Positions 1-11,682 of a DNA stretch of 64,000 nucleotides are shown piece after piece; the stretch's first letter is position 1; every line of letters starts with the position of its first letter. The DNA is taken from the NCBI GenBank assembly GCA_964016885.1, contig OZ024763.1:28520001-28584000 (forward strand). The letters are read 5' to 3'. The notes under the pieces are model-generated. The model was given only the letters and a program-made list of their open reading frames with translations. It made no database searches and was not told where the DNA came from. The position numbers and the translations under genes are program-made. The DNA is from Eledone cirrhosa (lineage: Eukaryota).

Positions 1-1240
1 ATTCCAGTAGCACCCCTATTGATGATGACTATCAAGATGAACATGAGACAAGTGAACCCATACCATTTAACCAGGAAGCTCTTCACGATCTCATTAGAGA
101 CCTACATGTGTCTAAAGAAAAGGCAGAGCTCCTGGGATCAAGACTGAAGCAACGAAATCTGCTGGAACCTGGCTTTCGCATTAAAACCGCTCGTCATCGC
201 CATAAACAATTTAATTAGTCTACTTCTAGGTCTTCAGACTGGTTACACAAAGCATATATGTTTTCTATGTTTGTGGAATAGTAGAGCAGATGCAGAGCAC
301 TACATGAATAAGGATTGGCCAACAAGACCAAAAGATGCACCCAGTAGATTCAACTGTCTGTACAAACCTCTCGTGGATCCTGAAAAAGTATTCCTCCCTC
401 CATTACATCTCAAATTAGGCTTGGCCAAAAACTTTATTAAAAGCATGGATCATACAGGTAATGGGTTTCAGTACTTGTGTAAGAAATTTGGTAGAGTGGT
501 ACCTGAAGCAGGGGGTTTGAATGGTCCTCAGATTCGTATGCTGGTTAATGATAGTGAGTTTACGAAAACACTAAACCCTTTGGAGACTAATGCATGGAAA
601 TCATTTGTAGATGTAACACAGAACTTTCTTGGAAACCACCGTGCAGACAACTATAAAGAAATTGTTGAAACCATGATACAAAATTATCGCGCTCTGGGTT
701 CACGAATGTCATTGAAGCTTCATTTCTCCCATTCTCATCTGGATTTCTTCCCAAGTAATCTAGGAGACATTAGTGATGAACATGGAGAGAGGTTTCACCA
801 GGACATTGCCATAATGGAGAGTAGGTATCAGGGTCGGTTCAATCCCAACATGATGGGTGACTACTGCTGGACACTGCAACGTGAGGAGAGCCAGCAAAAC
901 AAGCGTAAAAACAAAATCCTGAAATTTTTTTAGAAATGTTTTGAAATATTTTGTTATGTTCAGAATATTGTTCAGAAATGTTTTGTTAATATACTAAGTG
1001 TTAAAAAAAATATAAAAATATGTTTATATATTTTTTATTAATAAGTTAATATGTTTATATCTAAGTCATCATATGTTACACAATGGATAAACAATGCAAT
1101 ACGAGGAACATATTTTCGATCTCATATTAAGGCATTCTGGTCCGATAGCAAAAAATGAATATCAAAACTGAATTTAGTGCTATGAAATTAGTAAGAGGCA
1201 CATATTCACATGTAAGAACCATTTTGGCTGTTGACCAGTG
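1..1240 (+). mobile_element. 3' part of a Chapaev3-type (CMC superfamily) DNA transposon, inserted into a SINE
   Basis: Transposase motifs upstream; element ends ...gttgaccagtg (CACTG...CAGTG-type terminus) at 1240, followed by TAA (TWA-type 3-bp TSD), after which a SINE 3' half resumes. Confidence 0.75.
3..933 (+). pseudogene. Chapaev3-like transposase, internally deleted and frameshifted
   Basis: Frame 3 gives FNQEALHDLIRDLHVSKEKAELLGSRLKQRNLL (about 66-165). Frame 1 from 223 gives LLGLQTGYTKHICFLCLWNSR...PPLHLKLGL...GPQIR...NFLGN...MSLKLHF...SDEHGERFHQDIAIMESRYQG...DYCW. The expected intervening segment is missing and the frame changes near 213-222. Confidence 0.75.
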
Positions 1241-1310
1241 TAATTAAAGTACCAGTAATGCACTGGGAAATTTGCTGGCCTTGTGCCTAAAGTAGAAACA
1301 ATTATTATTA
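1241..1310 (+). mobile_element. SINE family 1, 3' fragment
   Basis: taaagtaccagtaatgcactggg...gctggccttgtgcctaaagtagaaacaattatta matches the 3' end of the full copy at 17559. Confidence 0.85.
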
Positions 1311-1544
1311 AGTTATCTCCCGTTGTTAATTATATATTTTAAGTTACCTCCCCTTTTTAATATCAATTAACTTACTACATAATTAACGTAACCTCTTATC
1401 TTTAAGTTGTTTCCACTATTAATTATAAGAATTGTTTTCTTCTCAAACGGTAGCAGCCAATTTCTTCACAATTGAAAGCCCATGAGAGGACTTAATTTAG
1501 TTACTGAAACGATTTATTCGCATTCTTTGCAGTGTAAACTAAGT

Positions 1545-1599
<55 letters not shown>

Positions 1600-1601
<2 letters not shown>

Positions 1602-1801
1602 AAGGCGGGTAAAATTCCCGAGATCCATGGACGAGTTCTCTCCAGCGGTCTCTGTCCCTCATTATCGCTGCCATGTCCTGCATCTCCAACAGACCAGTGT
1701 CTGTCCTTAGGGCATCAACATACGTTAACCTTGGTCTTCCTCTTCTAGTGTGTCCATGTAGGGGCTCCCAAAGGAGTACTGAGTGCAATGTCAACTCTGG
1801 T

Positions 1802-1803
<2 letters not shown>
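1600..1803 (-). mobile_element. RTE-clade LINE 3' end (5'-truncated), family R1
   Basis: LLWEPLHGHTRRGRPRLTYVD...DRDRWRELV is a typical RTE ORF C-terminus; the stop codon abuts (TA)n. Related copies at 3401, 18416 and 32713. Confidence 0.8.
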
Positions 1804-1834
<31 letters not shown>

Positions 1835-1836
<2 letters not shown>

Positions 1837-2381
1837 TGGTTACACAACAGTTAGTTCACCATACCGAGAACATTTGTTTCACCTTAGTGGATCCTCAGCT
1901 CGGAATGGGCATGGTTATAGGAACAGGAAGGACAACCGTACGAACGCGCATGCGCAGAAACCCGGTCACTTCACACAGGCAATACTAGACTGCGTGCGAG
2001 AGGTGTAAGGGAGATAACTGCGAAAGTGCGAAAGGTTTTTAGGTTGAAAATAAAATGTCGAAGAATCAGCCCGGAGCCTTGTAGTTATGCAATAGGTGTT
2101 TGGCGACGTGTGGACAACGTGTGAAAAATTCATTTCTCGTATTTAGGTAATCACTATTGCATAATCTCTTTAGAATAGTTATTCGTTCGTCAATACATAA
2201 GCCACACGTCGGATTTCCCCTTGCGTATGGCTTGGACTTAATGATGGCTTTCCATTGAATGGAGTAGTCTATACTCATTCTCGGTATGGTGAACTAACTG
2301 TTGTGTAACCACTTCTACCTAACTCGTCCCGTGGACTGAGTGCTCTACCACTACGGATATTACCTTCCAGTGTTCCACCAC
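1835..2381 (-). mobile_element. 5'-truncated Penelope-like element with inverted pLTR piece
   Basis: GIY-YIG C-terminal fragment 2066-2278 (IDYSIQW...CGLC...E...LNTRNEFFTRCPH); HHR at 1864-1903; 2279-2315 is the reverse complement of 1835-1870 and continues about 65 nt to (TA)n; both ends lie in (TA)n. Confidence 0.85.
1864..1903 (-). ncRNA. Type I hammerhead ribozyme
   Basis: CCGAG-CUGAGGA-uCCacuaaGGu-GAAAC-aaau-GUU/CUCGG: perfect 5-bp stem I, short stem II, GUU site. Confidence 0.8.
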
Positions 2382-2461
2382 TATATATATATATATATAT
2401 ACATACACACATATATATATATATATATGTATATTTATATATATACATACACATACACACA

Positions 2462-2985
2462 TATCCTGAACAAGCAATGTCTGTGCTTGAAGTGCCTGTT
2501 TTTTTAAGTGGGAAAAGGCCTTGTACTCGACCAATCCTACTCTCTCAGCATCGAAAACACTACCCCAAAAGGAGAATTGGTCAACATCATCGGATGCTCC
2601 CGAAGCCGCAGGTTTTTTTCTTCTTTTTTTCAGAGTTTCCCCCTCTTAGAAAGGTGTTGTGACAACAACTGGAGACCTTTCACTCCCAGGTGGAAAAAAA
2701 AGTACTATCTAAATGGTTGTTGACTCTGCTGAGTACCGCTGCCCTTTGCCAATTTTTGTATTTCATCCCACAGGGTGTCCAGATATCACCCTGCTCACCA
2801 AGCAAGCTTGGTGGGGCTGCCGGTTTAGTCGCCGACGACCCGACCATGAGACAAATGGTACTGAGTTACATGTTACCAGTAGCACTCGAGAGTGACATGA
2901 CATAGATACATACATATACTTACACATACATACATTCATACATGATGATGGTTGCCCCTTCGTTATCGAGTATGGCCATTGCACA
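2462..2985 (-). mobile_element. Diverged copy of the 610-bp non-autonomous RTE-like element plus the end of a second copy
   Basis: tttagtcgccgacgacccgaccatgagac...catgttaccagtagcac aligns with 11540-11620; 2945-2985 resembles 11011-11045; the two parts are separated by (CATA)n. Confidence 0.7.
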
Positions 2986-3128
2986 ATATAACATCATTAA
3001 TAATTATTAATTAATTCCATCGTGCAATGCCTGTGCGTCAAGAATTTGTTTAAAGTAAGGAAAGACTGTGCACTAAGCCAATTCCACTCCCTACCGACCT
3101 GACTTACACACACACACACACACACACT

Positions 3129-3177
<49 letters not shown>

Positions 3178-3180
<3 letters not shown>

Positions 3181-3383
3181 CAAGAGGGATATTCAATTTG
3201 TTGGTAATTCAACAAATATAAATGTTTATAACTGATTCAGAGCACTCGACAGATTTTGGAGTATAATATACAATGATATTAAATAAATGGAAACTATATT
3301 TATAAAATCATATTTATTCTAAATTTATTAGAATAAATATGGTTTTATGAATGCAGTTTCCATTTATTTAATATCATTGTATA
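3178..3383. repeat. Fold-back cassette in (TA)n with PLE-type tail, no HHR core retained
   Basis: 3268-3322 and 3329-3383 are imperfect inverted repeats; the left arm extends through gagcactcga (GAGTGCT on minus). Confidence 0.6.
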
Positions 3384-3400
3384 TATATACAATATATATA

Positions 3401-3563
3401 ACTCAGAGCTGTATGGGAGCATCCCAACAGTCAGCTCAAAGGTGACACAGAGGAGACTGAGGTTGGCTGGACATGCTCACCGACATCCAGAGTTGACATT
3501 GCACTCAGTGCTCCTTTGGGAGCCCCTACATGGACACACTAGAAGAGGAAGACCAAGGTTAAC
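3401..3563 (+). mobile_element. RTE LINE 3' fragment, family R1
   Basis: ELYGSIPTVSSKVTQRRLRLAGHAHRHPELTLHSVLLWEP...RGRPRLT. Confidence 0.8.
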
Positions 3564-4152
3564 ATATATATATATATACTCTCCCGTTATGCGTTCCAGC
3601 CGAAAGGATGAGGTCATGCTACACTTTGTATAGCCAGGCCTCCCTGGTTGGCAATTGATTAAAAAGGGAATTAGTTGCTGCTGCTCCTATTAGAGCACCG
3701 CCTCGTGCAGTGGGTTCTTCTTAGATGTTGTTCAATACCTATACATGTGATGAATAAGGAAAACAAAAGGCAACGTTTAATGCTTAACCAGTTCACTGTA
3801 ATACGCACGCGTGTGTGTGGAGGAAGGGGGTGTCTCTGTGTGTACAGAATCAAACGACAAGTTCCCAGACCTCATTAGCTTACTGTGCGGTGTCCACCTG
3901 GTCCAATTGAACAAAGGAAATAATGGTTCCATTGGTCTTTCCATTGCCAATACTTTCTACCGGGGTCGCAGCTCCCGTCAGAAAAAAGAGCAGCATGAAA
4001 GAAAGTGTCTTGCTCAAAGAGAAAACGTATCAAACGGTCTGGGATTCGAACTGGCAAACCCCAGTTGTCTAACCACTAAATCATGCACTTTCACAATACA
4101 CGTACAAAAACACACACCCATATATATGCATATATAAATATAATATAAATAT

Positions 4153-4201
<49 letters not shown>

Positions 4202-4294
4202 TATGTACTTAGACATACAAACATATACATACACACATATATATATATGTGTGTGTGTGTGCATATATACGTACATATATACACACATACATAA

Positions 4295-4356
<62 letters not shown>

Positions 4357-4375
4357 GTATATATATACACATACG

Positions 4376-4411
<36 letters not shown>

Positions 4412-4426
4412 CGTACATATATACAT

Positions 4427-4459
<33 letters not shown>

Positions 4460-4538
4460 CACATACGTACATATATACATATATATATATATATATAAAT
4501 ATATATCGATATATATATATATATATACACATACGTAC

Positions 4539-4583
<45 letters not shown>

Positions 4584-4757
4584 TATATCTATATATATAT
4601 ACACATACATATATATACATATATATATATACACATATATATATATATATATATACATATAAACATGCACATATATATACACATATAAACTTACATATAT
4701 ATACACATATATATATATATATATATACATATAAACATACACATATATACATATATA

Positions 4758-4807
<50 letters not shown>

Positions 4808-5181
4808 CATATATATATATATATGCAATGTGTAAGACGTGTCATGTAAATGTTTGTGCTGTAACTAGTGAGAGTGTACATGTCAGACATCCATGATATG
4901 TAATGTAAATAGTGTGTATGTATATGTGTGTGTGTGTGTGTATATGTATATATATGTGTGTGTGTGTGTGGTATGTTTATGTATGCGTGGTATGTTTTGA
5001 CATATGAAATCAACAGCTCTACTCCCGGCCCACCCAGGATCCGAAACTTTACCCCCACCACGCCTATATAACTTAAACTGCTCCGAACATGTCTGTCTGT
5101 CTGTCTGTACAGATATCAAATATCATACACACATACATACATACATATGCATACATACACACACACACTATATATATATAT

Positions 5182-5212
<31 letters not shown>

Positions 5213-5213
5213 C

Positions 5214-5264
<51 letters not shown>

Positions 5265-5297
5265 GATATATACATATATATACACATATAGATATAT

Positions 5298-5408
<111 letters not shown>

Positions 5409-5449
5409 GATGGCGTAGGCATACAATACAACAAGAGGAAACATAATAG

Positions 5450-5495
5450 CACCACTGACGATGTTGCAGATGTGCAACGAAAGAACTTTGTTAGA
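5450..5495 (+). ncRNA. Hammerhead-like motif with weak stem I
   Basis: CUGACGA-u-GUUGCA-gaug-UGCAAC-GAAAG-aa-CUU; perfect 6-bp stem II; stem I only about 2 bp. Confidence 0.45.
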
Positions 5496-5525
5496 CTATA
5501 TATGTGTTTGTGTCTATATTATATC

Positions 5526-5771
5526 TGTATTTTTGACCGTTGGTCAGTCAATGGCAACATTGAGGACCGAATAAATTAAATTAACCGATATAAAAGACAC
5601 AGAAGCGAAAACCAACCAAACAGTGAGTGTGTTCTGTTATTAATTCTGGCAATATTATTACACAAATATGACCTTCCCCAAGCATATATATATACATATA
5701 TATATATAGATACATATATATATATAGATAGATACATATATATATATAGATACATATATATATATAGATAC

Positions 5772-5847
<76 letters not shown>

Positions 5848-5910
5848 TGTTATACTTGTGGAGGGTCATATTTGTGTAATATTGCCAGAATTAATAACAG
5901 AACACACACA
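5526..5910. repeat. Dispersed TA-associated repeat with an inverted partial copy across a (TA)n tract
   Basis: 5626-5683 is inverted at 5853-5910; 5526-5683 recurs at 63581-63748. Confidence 0.65.
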
Positions 5911-5944
5911 CGATTTCATATCAAAAACCTCGCAAAAAATATAC

Positions 5945-5991
<47 letters not shown>

Positions 5992-6242
5992 CATATATAT
6001 ATATTATTCAAAATATTAACAAATGAAAGATATTCACATAATCAAAATATATGCTTTATTATATATATTCCAAAGGTACTGTGTTTTTTTTTTCCAGTAC
6101 GTCCTCATCAGATAAAATATATGAATTGATATATGACATACCGCTACCGTCTTGATTATACAATTCCAGTATTGGCAGTCAATAACAATGATTATATATA
6201 TATATATATATATATCAAACAAGCCTATGTATACATACATAA

Positions 6243-6281
<39 letters not shown>

Positions 6282-6334
6282 ATGAGACCGAGAAAGAGAG
6301 GTTTATGTAGAAAGTCTTCTAAAGGGGTAGACAT

Positions 6335-6484
6335 TTTTCATTCGTATGAAATCATTAAAGATGTCATGATGATTTCATACGAATGAAATAGTTTTAGTCC
6401 CGTACCAACCTGTTTCGGCACTCTGCACATGTATTGGGTACCTTATTCACTGTAGTTGCCCTTGAGTCAACCACGGCTCACCTT
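6335..6484 (+). mobile_element. Diverged member of HHR fold-back family A
   Basis: Inverted repeat tttcattcgtatgaaatcat...atgatttcatacgaatgaaa; tail gtattgggtaccttattcactgtagtt resembles 50101-50130; core mutated (AUGAUGA). Confidence 0.6.
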
Positions 6485-6569
6485 ATATATATACACACTC
6501 ATATATATATATATATATAAAATAAGTAAATTAAACATGTTAAATTTGGCTTTGTTTATTATAAATTCT

Positions 6570-6623
6570 CTGCTATATATATTTCAATGACAGCTATTAT
6601 TGGCTATGACCTCTTCAGGCAGT
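6570..6623 (-). ncRNA. Type I hammerhead ribozyme, family E, left arm (more diverged)
   Basis: cugc-CUGAAGA-ggucauagcc-aauaau-agcugucauu-GAAA-uauau-AUA/gcag. Confidence 0.6.
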
Positions 6624-6857
6624 ACGAATTAATGTAGAGAAAACAGGTAAACATGTTGTTGAAATGTGTTCCACTCTGTCAATTCATCGATATGTCCAGC
6701 ACCTGGGTGTGTTGTTAGTCCTCCGAGGAACTGGAACGATATGTTTCCAGTTCCTCGGAGGAATAACAACACACCCAGGAGCTAGACATATCGATATATT
6801 GACAGAGTGGAACACATTTCAACAACATGTGTACCAGTCTTTTCCACACGAATTCAG

Positions 6858-6914
6858 ACTGCCTGAAGAGGTCACAGCCAATGATGGCTGTAACCGAAAT
6901 ATATATATAGCAGT
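6858..6914 (+). ncRNA. Type I hammerhead ribozyme, family E
   Basis: ACUGC-CUGAAGA-GGUCACAGCC-aaugau-GGCUGUAACC-GAAA-UAUAUAU-AUA/GCAGU: 5-bp stem I, 9/10-bp stem II, self-complementary (UA)n stem III. Confidence 0.9.
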
Positions 6915-7317
6915 AAATTTATAATTTATAATAAACGAAGACAAATTTTACATATTTGACTTACTTATTTTACATTTCCCTGGAGCAAAGAAACCAACTT
7001 GCGTACCTCGTCGAGTGCTCCAATCTGCATACTGAGGTGTCGGTAAACAACCAACATATAGTAAAAAAAAAAAATGTATATATATATATATATTAGGTAT
7101 AGGATTACCCAAGATGTAGTAAGAGTTAATTACTACACTGGATATGGTTGACGTACGGTGAGAGGTTACTCTACGAGTTATGGAAGAATTGTTGAAGAAA
7201 CTTAGTTCCTGATCCTTCTGTATTCCGGAGTGTATATAAAGAATGAATAATAACAGGTAGAAATCATAAAAAGGTAATAAATTACTTTTTTATGATGTCT
7301 ACCTGTTATTATTCATT

Positions 7318-7356
<39 letters not shown>

Positions 7357-7386
7357 AGGGATGGCATTACTCGAAATCGAGTTGTA

Positions 7387-7444
<58 letters not shown>

Positions 7445-7446
<2 letters not shown>

Positions 7447-7754
7447 AGTTTTTCGAATATTAATAACATTCGATTCGTTTGCAATAATGCAAACAAGCCT
7501 CATTTGTAAAGCCATGTCAGTAGAATGAGCCCCTCATTCTTGCTCTTGTGAACTGTACTGATGAAGGGTAATACTCAGAAACATTAGTGTCTGCAGTTCT
7601 GTTTACATGCCAACACAAGAGCAAGAATGAGGGGCTCATTCTACTGGCATGGCTTTAGAAATGTGGCTTGTTTGCATAATTGCAAACGAATCGAATATTA
7701 TTAATATTCGAAAAACTCAGATTACATTTATGGTATTCAGGCATGTAGAGCGAA

Positions 7755-7759
<5 letters not shown>
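7445..7759. mobile_element. Fold-back cassette (family G) with an HHR in the loop
   Basis: 7446-7550 and 7613-7718 are inverted repeats; the HHR occupies the spacer; the right arm has a 40-nt extension. Confidence 0.8.
7550..7599 (+). ncRNA. Type I hammerhead ribozyme, family G
   Basis: GAACUGUA-CUGAUGA-aGGGUaauACUCa-GAAACA-uuag-UGUC/UGCAGUUC: 8-bp stem I, GUC cleavage after 7591. Confidence 0.88.
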
Positions 7760-7817
<58 letters not shown>

Positions 7818-8155
7818 TATATATATACATATATATATATACGTATCTATATATATATATCTATAAATATAAATTTAGCGAGAATCGCATTTCGGAGGGT
7901 AGAAATTAGCGAAACGCAACTTCCGTAATGTGTAGACAAGCGCTTCATGGATATGAAGAAGATCCCAGAGCTATAAACATAAGGTAAAAACGTCATATAA
8001 ACTGAAACGATGGTTAAGAAGCCATTAACCACCAGAGACAAATAAGCGAACAAGCTAAACGGCTCAAACAAAATAAGATATGATTTAAATAGCTACCCGG
8101 ACCCTCGGGGAGGATGGAATACTCCGAATTTAGGTTTCTGTAACACATAAACCAA

Positions 8156-8535
8156 TAATTGTTTCTACTTTTGGCACAAGACTAGCAATTGCAATTTATT
8201 TTATCAACCCCGTAAGGATGAAAGGCAAAGTTAACCTCGGCGGGATTTGAACTCAGAATGGCAAGGGCCGTAACTCTATGCGTCAAAGCATGGCGTCCGA
8301 CTCTCTACCGATACTGCCAAATCAATAATTGTTTCTACTTTAGGCACAAGGCCAGCAATTACCCAGTGCATTACTGGTACTTTATTTTATCAACCCCGTA
8401 AGGATGAAAGGCAAAGTCAACCTCGGCGGGATTTGAACTCAGATCGTAAAGGGACGTAACTATGCTGGATAGCATGGCGTCCAACCCTCTACCGATACTG
8501 CCAATCCAACCCTCTACCCATACTGCCAAATCAAT
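8156..8535 (-). mobile_element. Two tandem SINE family 1 copies
   Basis: Reverse complements of the 17559 element (B box gagttcaaatccc; body ttgcctttcatccttacgggg). Confidence 0.85.
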
Positions 8536-8594
8536 AATACTGTCTGCTTATATACGTATATACGCATATATATATATATATATATATAAAATTT

Positions 8595-8682
8595 TAAGAC
8601 CCTCTTCTTGGTAATTTAAGCATTAAACTAATATATTCCTTCCATATACAGTACTGATTGTGTTGTTTCTGTTTACCTTTTT

Positions 8683-8684
<2 letters not shown>
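8595..8684 (+). repeat. 3' tail fragment of the HHR element at 62000-62246
   Basis: ttaagaccctc...ccttccatatacagtactgattgtgttgtttctgtttacc aligns with 62153-62244. Confidence 0.7.
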
Positions 8685-8735
<51 letters not shown>

Positions 8736-8896
8736 TTAATGAGGATGATAATGATGATGATGATGATGATGCTGCTGATGTATATGTTGATGTTTACGCT
8801 GTTAACACATTAACCGTCTGTCAGTCGGCCATGATAGTAACTAGCACTAACAGTTGACACGTTGATCTGAGAAACTGACGAAAATATATATTAACA

Positions 8897-10120
8897 CCAT
8901 TACCACCGCCATTACCACCGCCATTACCACCGCCATTACCACCGCCACACCACCATCACCATCAACAGCATCAACAACATCAGCACCATCACCACCACCA
9001 CCATAAAAAGACCACACTCACTACCACCAGCACCACCAGCACCACAACAAAAACAACCGCCGCCACCACCACCACCACAACAAAAACAACCGCCGCCACC
9101 ACCACCACCACCACCAGCAACATCACCATCACTAATGGTGATGGTGATGTGAGGAGGAGGCTGGCGGTGAAAGTGATGATGATGATGATGGCAAAGTGTA
9201 AGGTTAGCGATGACGATGATGGTGGTGGTGCTGGTGATGGTGGGGGTAGTGGTGTTGGTGTTGGTGGTGATGGTGGTGGTGTTGGTGGTGATGGTGGGGA
9301 TGAGGATGGTAGTGGTGTTGGTGGGGATGGTGGGGGTAGTGGTGGTGTTAGTGGTGGAGATGGTGAGGGTAGTGGTGGTGTTGGTGTTGGTGGTGACGGT
9401 GGCGGTCATGGAGGTGGTGGTGGTGATGGTGGGGGTAGTGGTTTTGGTGGTGATGGTGGTGGTGTTGGTGGTGATAGTGGTAGTAGTAGTGGTGGTGGTG
9501 GTGGTGGGGATGGTGAGAGTAGTGTTGGTGTTGGTGGTGATGGTGTTAGTAGTAGTGGTGGTGTTGGTGGTGGGGATGGTGGTGGTGGTGACGGTGGCGG
9601 TCATGGAGGTGGTGGTGCTGGTGGTGATGGTGGGGTAGTGTGTGTTGGTGGTGATGGTGTTGGTGGTGGTAGTAGTGGTGGTGTTGGTGGGGATGGTGTT
9701 GGTGGTGACGGTGGCGGTCATGGAGGTGGAGGAGGTGGTGGTGGCGGTGGTGTCAGTGGCAGCAATGGTGACAAGAACCAGTGCCGGCCGACGACACATC
9801 AATCACTGTTCGGTGGACGACATTCCACAAATTGTGAGCATTGCTGAACACCATGCTCCCGCCGCTGTAAACCGATACATCCACGTCTGTAACGCCCCAA
9901 CAACAACAACAACCTTTTCTACTACTACTACTACTACTACTACTACTATCAATACTACTACTATATTGAGTGTAACAACAACAACAACAAGAACCTCTAC
10001 TGCTACTACTACTACTACTGCTACTACTACTACTGTCACTACTACTACTACTACTACTATCAATACTACTACTATATTGAGTGTAACAACAACAAGAACC
10101 TCTACTACTACTACTACTGT

Positions 10121-10157
<37 letters not shown>

Positions 10158-10300
10158 GTCACTACTACTACTACTATCAATACTACTACTATATTGAGTG
10201 TAACAACAACAACAAGAACCTCTACTGCTACTACTACTGTCATTACTACTACTACTACTGTCACTACTACTACTACCACTACTACTACTATTACTACTGT

Positions 10301-10332
<32 letters not shown>

Positions 10333-10476
10333 TCAATACTACTACTACTATATTGAGTGTAACAACAACAACAAGAACCTCTACTGCTACTACTACTACT
10401 GCTGCTGCCATATTGAGAGTGACAACAACAACACCACCAACAAAAACCTCCACTACATCTACTACTATTACTACTG

Positions 10477-10518
<42 letters not shown>

Positions 10519-10521
10519 TAA
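8897..10521. repeat. Trinucleotide low-complexity blocks (ACC)n, (GGT)n and (ACT)n with higher-order units
   Basis: Direct inspection; the recurring unit atattgagtgtaacaacaacaagaacctct punctuates the (ACT)n block. Confidence 0.9.
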
Positions 10522-10547
10522 TATTGGGATTAACAACATCAGTAAAA

Positions 10548-10630
10548 ATGACAATTTCTTTTCTTTTACAACCTTGCCACCAGGAAGGTGGCCGGTCAAA
10601 AATGTACTCGAAATTAAGAGAAAGAGAAAC
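10548..10630 (+). mobile_element. 3' UTR-only copy of the R4/Dong-like LINE
   Basis: Near-identical to 10908-10992; followed by (CATA)n. Confidence 0.7.
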
Positions 10631-10666
10631 ATATACATACGTACATACATACATACATACATATAC

Positions 10667-10992
10667 AGGAGAAGGAGGACATCTACGGACCATTGATGAG
10701 GAGTTTACAAATCCAGTATCCAAGATACACCTTTAGCTTCATACCCATCATTATTGGTGCTACGGGTTATATACCAAGCCGCTTGGACCAAAGTATGACT
10801 GAACTTGGATTTGCGGACAAAAAGCGCAGCTCCCTAATTCATAGTCTACAAATGGCTGCGATAGCTGGCACCTTCAAAATTTGCAAAACATTCTTGCGAT
10901 TCAAGGGATGACAATTTCTTTTCTTTTACAACCTTGCCACCAGGAAGGTGGCCGGTCAAAAAAATATACTCAAAATTAAGAGAAAGAGAAAA
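10667..10992 (+). mobile_element. R4/Dong-like non-LTR retrotransposon 3' end (restriction-like endonuclease C-terminus) in (CATA)n
   Basis: EKEDIYGPLMRSLQ...FIPIIIGATGYIP...KICKTFL then 3' UTR; flanked both sides by (CATA)n; longer copy at 36776. Confidence 0.7.
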
Positions 10993-11010
10993 CATACATA
11001 CATACATACA

Positions 11011-11620
11011 TGGTGGCTGCCAACTCGTTTTCGAGTACGGCCACTACTTTATATCCATGTAGGAGAACCCCTACCGATGCGCTGAACGAGTGTGACTTTT
11101 TAGTCCAGCCAGCGACTTGAAAACTCTGGTACAAGCACTACACTTGTAACAATTATTGACACATAGTGCTAGGCCCATGGTACCACGTGACGACAAGTGC
11201 AGTGAGATCTCCAGATATAAAGCAATGCCTGTGCCGTGAAGCTTTTATAGTGAGCAAAGGCACTGCACAAAGCTAGTCCCACTCTCTTAACCAAGATGAT
11301 ATTTATCAAAAAGAAGAACAAGTCAACATCATTGGATACCATCAGGGTTGCAGGTGTTATATCAGAGTTTTCCTTCTCCTAGAATTCTGCCTTGACAAAG
11401 GCTAAGGGGTCATCTCTCCCGGTGATTTTGGATGGCCATTGACTCTTAAGAGCTCCTTTTCCCTTTGACAGATTTTGTTTTTAGTCCTGCAGGATGTCCA
11501 AAGTCACCCTCCTCATCAAGAAACCTTGGTGGGGTTGCCAGTTTAGTCGCCAACGGCCCGACCATGAGACAGGTTGTACTGGGATACATGTTACCAGTAG
11601 CAGCAACTGGTGACCTGACA
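11011..11620 (-). mobile_element. 610-bp non-autonomous RTE-like element, copy 1
   Basis: Near-identical copies with identical ends at 11683, 14426 and 36042; the minus strand carries ggcgactaa and ctaggagaaggaaaactctga, motifs I recall from RTE 5' UTRs; no long ORF. Confidence 0.7.
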
Positions 11621-11682
11621 CAAACATACATACATACATACATACATACATACATACATACATACATACATACATACATACA

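Larger units (their letters stand above)
6520..7061. mobile_element. Large fold-back PLE pLTR cassette (family E) with two HHRs
   Basis: Arms about 6520-6736 and 6744-6971; the right arm has a 90-nt tail containing gtcgagtgctcc; flanked by (TA)n. Confidence 0.8.

Noticed and set aside
6088-6115. Minus-strand ctgatgaggacgtactggaaaa
   Set aside because: Stem II and stem I do not pair convincingly.
8936-10736. Mucin-like Thr-rich or Gly-rich proteins
   Set aside because: Trinucleotide microsatellite expansions readable in several frames, with no unique domains.
11530-11620. HDV-like ribozyme at the 5' end of the 610-bp element (ggcgactaa motif, ccagt/actgg pairing)
   Set aside because: Could not build a canonical 7-bp P1 with correct P3/L3 spacing by eye, and the putative P2 is not conserved in old copies; left as structured RNA only.
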